This document shows positions 21,089-30,359 of a stretch of 64,000 nucleotides of DNA, in pieces. The DNA is from Spirochaetia bacterium (lineage in GTDB: Bacteria > Spirochaetota > Spirochaetia > UBA9216). The stretch lies in NCBI GenBank assembly GCA_963675665.1, contig OY776510.1:992001-1056000 (forward strand), in the 5' to 3' direction. The notes under the pieces are model-generated. The model made no database searches. It was not told the origin of the DNA and saw only the letters and a program-made list of their open reading frames with translations. A program made the position numbers and the translations under genes. Each line of letters starts with the position of its first letter. The first letter of the stretch is position 1.

Positions 21089-21910
21089 ATGATAAAAATT
21101 TATTATATGACAGGCACCGGTAATTCTCTAAAAATTGCAAAGGATATCGGAATTAAACTTGGAGATCACAAGCTGGTTTCCATGCCTCATTTGTTCAATA
21201 CCGATCAGGATGTTTTTATTGAAGGCGATATTATCGGGTTTGTTATCCCGGTTTATTTCGGAAGGCCGCCGGTTTTTTTTCAGGAATTTATCAGAAAGGC
21301 CGGCTTTGGGAAGATTTCATATATTTTTACAGTTGTTAACGGAGGAGGTTTGTTCGGCAGAACTCTTGATATTGTTGAGAGACTGCTTAAAAGAAAAGGG
21401 CAAAGGGTGAATGCGGGCTTTATAATCAGAATGCCCGGTACGCATCCGTACGTGCCGAGCATACATGGTAAGAGACCCGGCGAGCATTATAAAAAAGAAG
21501 CGGTTAAAACAGCTTTAATTGCGGAGATTGTAAGAAATAAGCAGAAATACAGAGAGAGACGGCCTTTCCGGATTATTGGCTCCATCTTCAGCTTTTTTGC
21601 ATTTGATACTCCTTATGATCTGTCGAAAAAACATTCAATGGATAATCATTTCTGGATAAATGACGGCTGCCGTAACTGCGGTCTGTGTATAAAGATTTGT
21701 CCGGTTAATAATATTATTCAGTCCAGATGGAAACCGGAATGGCAACATCGCTGCATTAATTGTTTATCCTGCTATCATCTATGTCCTTCGATGGGTATAG
21801 AACTTAAATATGACTGGAAAATGATTGATATAATTACATATGAAATGCTGAACTTTAGATACCTTCACCCGGATATTTCTCTTCAGGAATTAATGCATCC
21901 GGAATCCTGA
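21089..21910 (+). CDS. EFR1-family flavodoxin-ferredoxin fusion
   Basis: TGTGNS flavodoxin loop; CRNCGLCIKICP and CINCLSCYHLCP. Confidence 0.9.
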   Translation: MIKIYYMTGTGNSLKIAKDIGIKLGDHKLVSMPHLFNTDQDVFIEGDIIGFVIPVYFGRPPVFFQEFIRKAGFGKISYIFTVVNGGGLFGRTLDIVERLLKRKGQRVNAGFIIRMPGTHPYVPSIHGKRPGEHYKKEAVKTALIAEIVRNKQKYRERRPFRIIGSIFSFFAFDTPYDLSKKHSMDNHFWINDGCRNCGLCIKICPVNNIIQSRWKPEWQHRCINCLSCYHLCPSMGIELKYDWKMIDIITYEMLNFRYLHPDISLQELMHPES

Positions 21911-21954
21911 TTTATTCAACCTGAAGTGAGACTGAATGATTCTGTTTTTACCGA

Positions 21955-22725
21955 TTATTTCAGCAGGACCGTTGCCGCGTTATATATATTCAGCATGATA
22001 ATTAAAATCACTATTATATCATAAATTCCGTGAATTACCTTTTTATTGAGTTTGCGGTTTAATTCGGATCCTATAAGGCCTCCGGCTATACCGCCGGGAA
22101 TCATAAAGATAAGCTTGTTTAAATCTATATAGGCTCCGAAGCCGGTTGTGGCCTGAATTGCCAACAGCTTTGCTCCCTGTGAAAACAATATAATAAGAAT
22201 TGAGATAACGGCGGCGTCTCTGATATCTATAGCGAGAAACATACATATTACTGCAACATTAATCGGCCCGCCGCCTATTCCCAGAAATGCCGCTATAGTC
22301 CCTAAAAGCAGCCCGATGACACCGGTAATAACCGGGTTCTCTATTTTCCAGTCAGGCAGTTTTTTTCTGAGAACAGCAGTGATCAGCAGGGCAATCAGGA
22401 TTAATGCCTGAAGTCCTTTAAGGTTTTCCGGCTCAAATCCGGCCGCCATGATGCCGAATAAATGTTTGCCGACAACTCCGCCGACTGCAGCCCCTATGAC
22501 AAGAAAGATTAAAATCCGTCGGATTCTAAATCCGGATATTATCTGCCTTATTGTTGATACAAGGGCCATTGAGAACACTGTTGCTGAAGACAGCACCGAA
22601 ATAGTATAGATGTTGTCCTGTCCGAGTGCGTCGAGGACCGGTTTTATTATAACCCCGCCGCCGAGACCGGCCATTGATCCGAATATTGTTGCGGTAAATG
22701 CAAGTATAAAATATATCAATCCCAT
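21955..22725 (-). CDS. TauE/SafE (TSUP) family exporter
   Basis: GLGGGVIIKP and LGIGGGP repeats; about 8 TM helices. Confidence 0.9.
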   Translation of the reverse strand: MGLIYFILAFTATIFGSMAGLGGGVIIKPVLDALGQDNIYTISVLSSATVFSMALVSTIRQIISGFRIRRILIFLVIGAAVGGVVGKHLFGIMAAGFEPENLKGLQALILIALLITAVLRKKLPDWKIENPVITGVIGLLLGTIAAFLGIGGGPINVAVICMFLAIDIRDAAVISILIILFSQGAKLLAIQATTGFGAYIDLNKLIFMIPGGIAGGLIGSELNRKLNKKVIHGIYDIIVILIIMLNIYNAATVLLK

Positions 22726-22982
22726 AATCCAAACAATAATAGAGTCATTTTCCCACTAAGAAAAGCTATATTATCCATATATAGTAAAATTTCAGTTCTT
22801 TTTCATTCAAAAAGATAATTTTTATAGTTACATACATAGAAACGTTAAAATTATTGGAAAGCTGCCTGGCTGTCGGCGAAAATGTAATTTTTTCCTGATG
22901 AATTAAATTTCACCCGTTCGGGTGATTCGATCCGTCATAAATCATTGTAGTATTCTTTATAATAATGATTAAGGAGAAAAGT

Positions 22983-23369
22983 ATGACAATTTCAGGAGTT
23001 ATCGGAATTTTACTTGGCGGAATCAACATTTTTATAATAGGTTCGGCTGTGAAAGGCAATAGTCTGGCGTTTTTTCAAAATGAAAAAAGTGTTTTTATAG
23101 TTGCTTTTATAATCTGTCTGGCTATGTGTTCTGTCGGAATAAACAATATGTTGGGAAATCATAGCTTCAGAATTGCCGGATTTATATCCGGCGGGATTAT
23201 TGGTATTATGCTTTTAGTCCTGTTTTTTTCAGTGGTTTCAGGAAGTATGTCGCCTATGTTCGGATCAGTACGAAACAGTCTGATAGCGTTGCTTGTTTTG
23301 ATGGCTGTTAAACTGACGATATCAACTGTTAATATAATTTATCTTGCAGTATCAGCAGGAGGCCGGTAA
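22983..23369 (+). CDS. Hypothetical 4-TM membrane protein
   Basis: AAGGAG RBS before ATG 22983; stop overlaps the next start (TAATG). Confidence 0.72.
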   Translation: MTISGVIGILLGGINIFIIGSAVKGNSLAFFQNEKSVFIVAFIICLAMCSVGINNMLGNHSFRIAGFISGGIIGIMLLVLFFSVVSGSMSPMFGSVRNSLIALLVLMAVKLTISTVNIIYLAVSAGGR

Positions 23370-24133
23370 TGAATAAAAACATTACGATGTTCTATTTTTC
23401 AGGAACCGGAAATACAAGGCTGGTTGCTGAAGCCGCCAAAGAAGAGTTTATTTCACAGGGATATAATTGCATTCTTAAAGAATTAACAAGAGGAGTTAGC
23501 GCTCAGGATTTGCCGGAAAGCGAAATGCTGGGAATTGCGTTTCCGGTTTTCGGGTTAATGATTCCCGGGATTGTTAAAGATTTTTTAAAGGACCTTCCCG
23601 GGAATAAAGACGGAAAATGCTTTATAATCGCCAACGCTCATTCCAATTCGGGCTTAAGTATTAAGCAGGCTGAAAAATTGCTTTGTAAAAAGGGATATTC
23701 ACTGGCCGGTGCTGTCAGTACGCATACCCCCAGCAGTTCAATAATTACCGAGGATACCGAGCCTGAATTAAAAGCCGAAGAGATGCGGAAAACAGCCGTA
23801 AAAAAAGTGCAGCAATTTGTCGGAGATCTTGTTACCGGAAAAGCGGCTGTAGAAACCGCCAACGTCAGTTTTAAGGAAAAAATGGTATCAATACTTTTCA
23901 AATTTGCGATGCCGGGACCGGTAGTCAAAAGCGCCCATGTTAACAGGAATTGTACAGGCTGCGGGCTTTGTGAATCTTCATGCCCCGCGGGAAATATAAA
24001 ATTAAATAATGGAAAACCTTCCTGGGGAAAAGCCTGTGAAGTATGTATGCGCTGTATAAATCTGTGTCCCAATAACGCTATTGAGATGATGCAGTCAGCC
24101 GGAAGAATCAGATATAAAGGAGGACTTGTATGA
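23369..24133 (+). CDS. EFR1-family flavodoxin-ferredoxin fusion
   Basis: YFSGTGNT; CTGCGLCESSCP and CEVCMRCINLCP. Confidence 0.9.
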   Translation: MNKNITMFYFSGTGNTRLVAEAAKEEFISQGYNCILKELTRGVSAQDLPESEMLGIAFPVFGLMIPGIVKDFLKDLPGNKDGKCFIIANAHSNSGLSIKQAEKLLCKKGYSLAGAVSTHTPSSSIITEDTEPELKAEEMRKTAVKKVQQFVGDLVTGKAAVETANVSFKEKMVSILFKFAMPGPVVKSAHVNRNCTGCGLCESSCPAGNIKLNNGKPSWGKACEVCMRCINLCPNNAIEMMQSAGRIRYKGGLV

Positions 24134-25233
24134 TAGTACTGACGGTTTTAGGATGGATTTTTACAGCGGTTTTAATATTGATGCTGGTTTCGATGGTAAT
24201 GCTCCATAAATGGCTTGCCGTCTTCTTGCTGATACTTCTGATCCTTATCATCATGCCGGCGACCTCCAATCTGGTAAAGACAAAGTTAAAAAGCAGGTTG
24301 TTTCCGATCATCAAAACGGTTGCAGTTCTTCTGTTATTATTTGCTTTTTCAAGAACACTTACAGACAGGGACGCCGTAAGTATTTATGCGGATAAAAGTG
24401 TTGAAGAAAAATTTATAACAATGTATGCCGAAAAAATGAAAGACTGGCCGGTGGATTATGAGGATATATTTCTTGAGACGGAATTTGGCAAAGTCCATGT
24501 GATTAAATGCGGAGACTGTTCCCTTCCGCCCCTTGTTCTTCTGCATGCATCAGGCGTTGCCGGTTGGTCCTGGAAACATAATGCGCAGGAACTTTCCCGG
24601 CATTACCAGCTGTTTGCGATTGATACTATCGGAGATGCGGGCCTGAGCGGTTACCATGATTTAACCAAACTGCTTAAAACAGGGAAAGATCTTGCAGATT
24701 TTTATACAACACTTTTTGATCTGCTGGGTATAGAAACAGCTGCAATAGCCGGAGCTTCAGAAGGCGGTTTTATCGGTACAAATATAGCGCTGTACAAACC
24801 GGAAAGGGTTGAAAAACTTGTTCTGGCAGGGCCGATGGGTTATTCCGGTGCGGGAAAAGCGGTTTTTAGAATTACTCTCGCACAGTTGTTTCCGCTGAGT
24901 ATTTTCCAGGAAAGTACTGAGCAATGGGCATTTGGTACCGACAGGAAGGTAAGAGATGATTTTGGGGAATGGTTCAAGCTTTTACTTTCTTCAACTGCTC
25001 CCAAAAAGGTCGCTCCTCTTGCTTTTTCATCGGAACAGCGGCAGAGTATTTCCGTGCCTGTTATGTTTATATTCGGCGAGCGAGATAATCTTGTCGGCAA
25101 TACCGAAGCTGCCGCAGCGCTTGTACAGAATATTCCGGATGTCAGGGTGGAAATTGTTGATACAGGGCACCTTGTAGCTGCGGAAAAGGCTGAAATTGTA
25201 AATCGTATGATAATAGACTATCTTGAGAATTGA
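24130..25233 (+). CDS. Membrane-anchored alpha/beta hydrolase
   Basis: Three N-terminal TM segments, GASEGG nucleophile elbow, GERD, TGH. Confidence 0.88.
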   Translation: MIVLTVLGWIFTAVLILMLVSMVMLHKWLAVFLLILLILIIMPATSNLVKTKLKSRLFPIIKTVAVLLLLFAFSRTLTDRDAVSIYADKSVEEKFITMYAEKMKDWPVDYEDIFLETEFGKVHVIKCGDCSLPPLVLLHASGVAGWSWKHNAQELSRHYQLFAIDTIGDAGLSGYHDLTKLLKTGKDLADFYTTLFDLLGIETAAIAGASEGGFIGTNIALYKPERVEKLVLAGPMGYSGAGKAVFRITLAQLFPLSIFQESTEQWAFGTDRKVRDDFGEWFKLLLSSTAPKKVAPLAFSSEQRQSISVPVMFIFGERDNLVGNTEAAAALVQNIPDVRVEIVDTGHLVAAEKAEIVNRMIIDYLEN

Positions 25234-25245
25234 GCCGGCGGGATA

Positions 25246-26178
25246 CTAACACATCGCAAGAAGTTCGAAGCGGGAATTAATTTCCAGTTTCCTGTAAAGA
25301 TTATAAATGTGGTTATCAACGGTCTTGGTAGAGATGCATAATTTGCCGGCGATTTGTTTGTTTCCCATTCCCTCAACTATAAGCGGGACAACTTCTTTTT
25401 CCCGTTCCGTCAGGCCGTGCTTTTGACTGAATTCAAACAAAAATTCTTCTGAGGTTCGTACCGATTTTTCAAGCTGCGTAATTGCAATAAAGTATCGGCC
25501 GGAATAAACAATAACCAGGACAGCAAGCAGGAAATAATACAGGGGGAAAAAAATAACTTCAATGGGAAAGATATCAAAGTAGCTTCTGCCTATTGAATAG
25601 GTAATATCATGAAAGAACCCCGGTGTAAAAAGAAGGGTTAATAAACCGCAAAACATCAGCAGTCGACGAACTGAATTCTCTTTTATTTTACGAAAACCGG
25701 TAAGCAGCAGGAATACACAATAAATAATAATTACCAGCTGGCTTATCCCGGTTACAGCAAAGAGCGGTCCCAATGTTAAAGTTCCGGTTTGTATATTATA
25801 GGAACTTCCGGCAGGAAAATACTGAATGGAATTTAAGACGATATTGATGATAATCAATATCAGGTTTCGCCATTTTTCCTTTGAAACTTCCATTATCCTG
25901 TGGAGGGCGGCAGGAAATGCAGTAAACATGATAACCGAGAAAGGCACCGATATAAGTGTGAGAAGATAGTCCCCCAGGCTTAATACACTGGTAATGTTTA
26001 TGGCCCGGTACATAAGAACCAGGTCAATAATTATATCTACCGTCATGGCGGCAAAAAACAGGTGAAAATATAGAAGGTCTTTCCGGGGATTTTTGCGATA
26101 TACAATAAACAACAATACCAGTACGGCAATACCGCCGGAGACACAGAAGAAAAGATAGAAAGGGATAACATGTTCCAT
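25246..26178 (-). CDS. Membrane-bound LuxR-family regulator (about 7 TM + GerE-type HTH)
   Basis: LTEREKEV...GNKQIAGKLCISTKTVDNHIYNLYRKL. Confidence 0.9.
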   Translation of the reverse strand: MEHVIPFYLFFCVSGGIAVLVLLFIVYRKNPRKDLLYFHLFFAAMTVDIIIDLVLMYRAINITSVLSLGDYLLTLISVPFSVIMFTAFPAALHRIMEVSKEKWRNLILIIINIVLNSIQYFPAGSSYNIQTGTLTLGPLFAVTGISQLVIIIYCVFLLLTGFRKIKENSVRRLLMFCGLLTLLFTPGFFHDITYSIGRSYFDIFPIEVIFFPLYYFLLAVLVIVYSGRYFIAITQLEKSVRTSEEFLFEFSQKHGLTEREKEVVPLIVEGMGNKQIAGKLCISTKTVDNHIYNLYRKLEINSRFELLAMC

Positions 26179-26309
26179 AAAATATTGCGTACCTTTAAAC
26201 CCATATAAAAATTTCAGGGTTTATTAATAATAGGGAGAGAAAAAAGAACTGTCAATTAAAAAAGGATATGAAGGGAGGGGCAGCAAGAATAAGTTTTTAA
26301 ATATAATCC

Positions 26310-26340
26310 CTCCCGGCAGTCGAATTTCGGCTGCCGGGAG
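26310..26340. terminator. Hairpin downstream of the serine hydrolase gene
   Basis: CTCCCGGCAGTCGAA-T-TTCGGCTGCCGGGAG. Confidence 0.6.
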
Positions 26341-26352
26341 ATATGTGAATTA

Positions 26353-28167
26353 TTATTCTCGGTGAAGTTCAAAATTCAGAAAACTTAATGTCTCAAGGTT
26401 GTTTTCAGACTTTACAGTAATACTGCCGCCGAGACTGCGGCCGATGCCCATAAGACGTGCTCTGGTTGCATTTTCCGTCTGTAACGGGAATTTGGACCAT
26501 CCGTCACTGCTTTCCAGGAAGAGACAGAGGAAACCGCTTTTTTTATCAAATTCAAGCTTAAAGCCTGTATACTGCGGCATTATTTCCGATTGAACGGGTG
26601 TATACTTTCCGCACCTCTCCATCCATGCCTGATCGACGAATACAGGCTCAATCCTGGTACACGGACTTAGAAGAATTCCCTGAAGTCTGAGATTAATGGA
26701 CTGAGTGTTATTAACTTCTTCTGTACTGATTGAGATTTCTTCAAATACGGGTAGTTTCAGCGGGATAAGTCCCAGAAGCTTCATACCAAGTGTCAATGTA
26801 CCGTCAGCGTGGTAATGAAGATCAAACCATCTGTTGAATGCGAAAATCTTCAACTTATCACCCTTTAATTTTATTTCTGACAGACCTGCAGATGATGCAT
26901 AAAAACCCGGAAGATTGTTTTTTACATTTTCAGGTGTTTTAATAATCGGGCTGTGTTCCTGCTCTTTCTGTATCGGAGCCTGCTGTTTCTCTGCGGCGAA
27001 TGTTCTGACGGTTTCAGATAAAATATTCGTAAGGCTGAAAGAGCCGACCCCGTCTACAGAGTTTACCATCACAAAAACTGCCAGGTCTCTTTCCGGAAGA
27101 ACAGCTGCAATAGCATGATATGGAGGCAGGTCGCCTCCGTGACCTAAAATATACTCGCCGGGCAGGCTCTTAAGGTCGACTATCCACCATGTAAGGCCGA
27201 TTCTGAAATCGAGATCATTTTGAACATCTATATTTGAGGGTTCAAACATTTCTTTCAGGGTTTCCTGTTTCAGCAGCCCTGTATCTTTTCGGTATGATGA
27301 TAGAATATTCTGCAGAAAGAGGCCCATGTCATTTGCGCTTGCGTTCAGGCTTCCTGCCGGCATGTCCCTGATGTAGGGCAGGGTTACCGGTTTCCCCGCA
27401 GTATATCCGACGGACATTCGATCTGCAGGAATCTCATCCTGAATAAAGCTAGAACTGGTCATGCCCGCAGGATCAAATACAAGGTCTTTAACAGCTTTCT
27501 GGAAATCCGAACCATGCACCCTTTCCACGATACATCCGAGAAGGGAGTATCCGAGGTTACAGTAAGAGAATATTGTATATGGTTCCCGAACTATGCCGCA
27601 TTGGTTAACGGCAGCTATAGCCCTGCGGTAGCTGTGAGTATAGTCCTCCGGTCTTTCGTAACCAAGAAAAAAATCCTGAAATCCGTCCGATTCAAGGCCG
27701 GACTGATGGTTCAGCAGCATCCTGACTGTAACAGTTTTTTCCGGCAGGCTTCCGCGGGGGTTGAATTCCGGTATATAGGTTGATACAGGGGCATCAAGAT
27801 CGATTTTGCCGGTTTCAACCAGCTTCATTACGGCTGTTGCCGTTATCAGTTTGGATACGGAACCTATATTGGATATTGTGTCGTCAGTGAAGTCACTTTT
27901 ATTTTTTTTATCGGCCAGACCGAACCCTTCGGACCACAGGACTCTTTCCGCGTCGGCAACTGCTATTGAAAGACCGGTAATATTTTTGGTATTCATTTCT
28001 TCCATTATCAACCCATGGAGGAGTGTCATTGCATCATCTGACAAAGGACCCGAAGCAGCAGGGGATTTTGTGTTAAGCCCGGCGCAGCCGGATATCATCA
28101 GCAAAACTGAAAGTATTGTGATAAGTGTAAAAAAGTGTGATCTGTTTTTATGTAAAGATTTCTTCAT
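26353..28167 (-). CDS. Serine hydrolase lipoprotein (beta-lactamase family) with C-terminal extension
   Basis: Lipobox ISGC, GSVSK, LLNHQSG, YCN, HGG. Confidence 0.88.
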   Translation of the reverse strand: MKKSLHKNRSHFFTLITILSVLLMISGCAGLNTKSPAASGPLSDDAMTLLHGLIMEEMNTKNITGLSIAVADAERVLWSEGFGLADKKNKSDFTDDTISNIGSVSKLITATAVMKLVETGKIDLDAPVSTYIPEFNPRGSLPEKTVTVRMLLNHQSGLESDGFQDFFLGYERPEDYTHSYRRAIAAVNQCGIVREPYTIFSYCNLGYSLLGCIVERVHGSDFQKAVKDLVFDPAGMTSSSFIQDEIPADRMSVGYTAGKPVTLPYIRDMPAGSLNASANDMGLFLQNILSSYRKDTGLLKQETLKEMFEPSNIDVQNDLDFRIGLTWWIVDLKSLPGEYILGHGGDLPPYHAIAAVLPERDLAVFVMVNSVDGVGSFSLTNILSETVRTFAAEKQQAPIQKEQEHSPIIKTPENVKNNLPGFYASSAGLSEIKLKGDKLKIFAFNRWFDLHYHADGTLTLGMKLLGLIPLKLPVFEEISISTEEVNNTQSINLRLQGILLSPCTRIEPVFVDQAWMERCGKYTPVQSEIMPQYTGFKLEFDKKSGFLCLFLESSDGWSKFPLQTENATRARLMGIGRSLGGSITVKSENNLETLSFLNFELHRE

Positions 28168-28757
28168 TTAATTATTCCTTTTTCTTCAGTTGTTTTCCGG
28201 GAATAATTCCATGGGCGTTTGATTACTTCCGTATATGATTTCAACCTGAGAGCAAGGCTGACATTGAAATAGCTTCTGGAAAAGTCCCATTCTCCGGTAA
28301 GAGCATTGTAAGGTCTGATAACCGGGGCAAAGGTAAGCGCTCCGTCCAGATCAGACATTGCCGGAAAACCAAGTGATACCCCGGGGTGGAGTGCAGGCGC
28401 TTCAGCCCGGTAGATTTTTGTTTCCTGATTTATCCTTCCTCCGGTTGCGATGATATCAAGAAATATATCAAAGTCCAGGCCTGTGTCGCCTATGAAATCA
28501 TTGTACCCGATGAACAGCCCGGTTTCAAAAAAGTTCTCTTTGATAGTAATAAAATCACCAAACATGGATCCGAAGCCGTAATAGACAGGTCCGTTACCAA
28601 TAAAGGATGACGACTTGATAAACACGCCGTAGCCTTGTCCGGAGCGGCCGTCGCCGGCATAACCCACATCGACGGAAAAAATGGATTTCCCTACATCCTG
28701 TGCACTTACTATTGAGCAAGTCAAAACTAAAATTAAAATGGTAATGAATTTTTTCAT
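28164..28757 (-). CDS. Exported hypothetical protein, possible small beta-barrel
   Basis: Signal peptide ending VSA-Q, alternating aromatic/Gly strands; 4-bp overlap with the downstream gene; AGGAG RBS. Confidence 0.7.
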   Translation of the reverse strand: MKKFITILILVLTCSIVSAQDVGKSIFSVDVGYAGDGRSGQGYGVFIKSSSFIGNGPVYYGFGSMFGDFITIKENFFETGLFIGYNDFIGDTGLDFDIFLDIIATGGRINQETKIYRAEAPALHPGVSLGFPAMSDLDGALTFAPVIRPYNALTGEWDFSRSYFNVSLALRLKSYTEVIKRPWNYSRKTTEEKGIIK

Positions 28758-28814
28758 TCATGTCTCCTTCAAATCTGATATGATAAATCTATCGCTCAGA
28801 ATAAGAATTGGAAA

Positions 28815-28853
28815 TGAGGAAAAGTACCCAATTGGGCTGGGTAATTGTACCCA
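28815..28853. promoter_or_regulatory. Tandem 16-bp LuxR/NarL-type boxes
   Basis: TGAGGA-AAAG-TACCCA 28815-28830 and TGGGTA-ATTG-TACCCA 28838-28853, 23 bp apart. Confidence 0.5.
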
Positions 28854-28974
28854 GAGGGCTTGATTTATCATGTGTTATAATAAGATCAGAGTTCCTTTAA
28901 AAAACATTTGTTATTTTTAATATCATCTCTTAGAATTAAACTGAATAGACCCTGACTTACCCGGAGCAGTTGAA

Positions 28975-29415
28975 GTGGATGATTATAAAATCAAAGATCT
29001 TGAACATTATCTTTCATTATGGACTAGAATACACTCATCAACCGGGAAATCAAGTTACGACCATATTCTGCCTTATTATGATGATGATATTTACTTTCAG
29101 GACAGTGTTCAGGAACTAAAGGGCATCAGGGCGTTTGCAGAAATGACTGAACGCCTGTCAAAGAGATCCAAGAACCTTGAAATGGTTATTCATAACAGCA
29201 GCATGCAGCAGGATGTTATTTTTGTTGAATGGGAAATGATTATCTCCTATAAAAAATATCCGAAAACATCAATTTATGGCGCAAGCAGAACCACTCTAAA
29301 AGAAGGCAAAATAATTGATCAGCGGGACTATTACGACCTCTGGGGCGATATCTTTAGAAATATAAAATTTCTCGGGAAGGGTTACCGCAGGTTTATGAGA
29401 AAGAGGTTTGGCTGA
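28975..29415 (+). CDS. NTF2/SnoaL-like protein
   Basis: YDDDIYFQD, GKIIDQRDYYD. Confidence 0.85.
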   Translation: MDDYKIKDLEHYLSLWTRIHSSTGKSSYDHILPYYDDDIYFQDSVQELKGIRAFAEMTERLSKRSKNLEMVIHNSSMQQDVIFVEWEMIISYKKYPKTSIYGASRTTLKEGKIIDQRDYYDLWGDIFRNIKFLGKGYRRFMRKRFG

Positions 29416-30359
29416 TGGGACTTCCAGGTTATCTTGTACAGTACCGGTTCCGTGATATGGGCGAGCTCATCGGAAATGATAAAAAGGAACCGCTTGAATG
29501 CAGTAAAAATATGAAAGGCAAAACAGTGGTTATCTCCGGCGCGACATCGGGAATCGGGTTGAGAACAGCCCGAAAGTTTGCGGAAAACGGAGCTGATTTA
29601 ATCTGTCTTAACCGTGATCCTGAAAAATCCCGAAAACTCGAGAACGAAATCAGGGAAAATTTCGGGTGTGAAATTTCTACCATTCTTGTAGATTTCAGCG
29701 ATATTGATCAGTTGAAGCAATGCGCTGAGGAACTGTTAAAACTGGAAACGCCCATAGATGTTCTGATTCATAACGCAGGCGTTTTTCACACAAAAAAAAC
29801 ATTTTCGCAGGATAATATCGAAATGGTTTTTCAGGTTAACCATCTCGGTTCGTTCCTGCTGAACTATATGCTTAAGGAAAGGCTGAAAAAAGAAAACAGG
29901 GTCAGGATAATATATGTCAATTCGGAAGGCCACCGCTTTGCGCTGGCCGGTGTTCACCTTGGAGATCTTGAGTGGAAAAGGCATTTATATACCGGCTTAA
30001 AAAGCTACGGGGCCGCTAAAACGGCGCAGCTTCTGACCATGCAGAAATTCCGCGATTTTTTCTCGGACAGCGCCGTAACGGTAAACGCAATGCATCCGGG
30101 TAATGTAAAGTCGGATATGGGAAATAATAACGGCGGATTATACCGTATGTTTAAGAAGAAGCTGGTACTGTCATCTGCAAAAGACCCGGATATATCAGCA
30201 ACGGCGTTATATTATCTGGCTGCTTCCGATGAAATGAAGAATGTATCAGGCAGATTTTTTAATCTGACTACCGAAGAAAAACCCGCGCCGCATGCCCGGG
30301 ACAGGAACTGTATCGGACCGGTCTGGGAAAGAAGTCTTGAATTATGCCGACTGAAGTGA
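29415..30359 (+). CDS. SDR oxidoreductase (retinol dehydrogenase-like)
   Basis: SGATSGIG, HNAG, QVNHLG, YGAAK, HPG. Confidence 0.92.
   Translation: MGLPGYLVQYRFRDMGELIGNDKKEPLECSKNMKGKTVVISGATSGIGLRTARKFAENGADLICLNRDPEKSRKLENEIRENFGCEISTILVDFSDIDQLKQCAEELLKLETPIDVLIHNAGVFHTKKTFSQDNIEMVFQVNHLGSFLLNYMLKERLKKENRVRIIYVNSEGHRFALAGVHLGDLEWKRHLYTGLKSYGAAKTAQLLTMQKFRDFFSDSAVTVNAMHPGNVKSDMGNNNGGLYRMFKKKLVLSSAKDPDISATALYYLAASDEMKNVSGRFFNLTTEEKPAPHARDRNCIGPVWERSLELCRLK

Noticed and set aside
28838-28853. Shared regulon with the TGGGTA/TACCCA site at 59824-59840
   Set aside because: Spacer differs (4 vs 5 nt) and I saw no sigma54 promoter here; probably coincidental.
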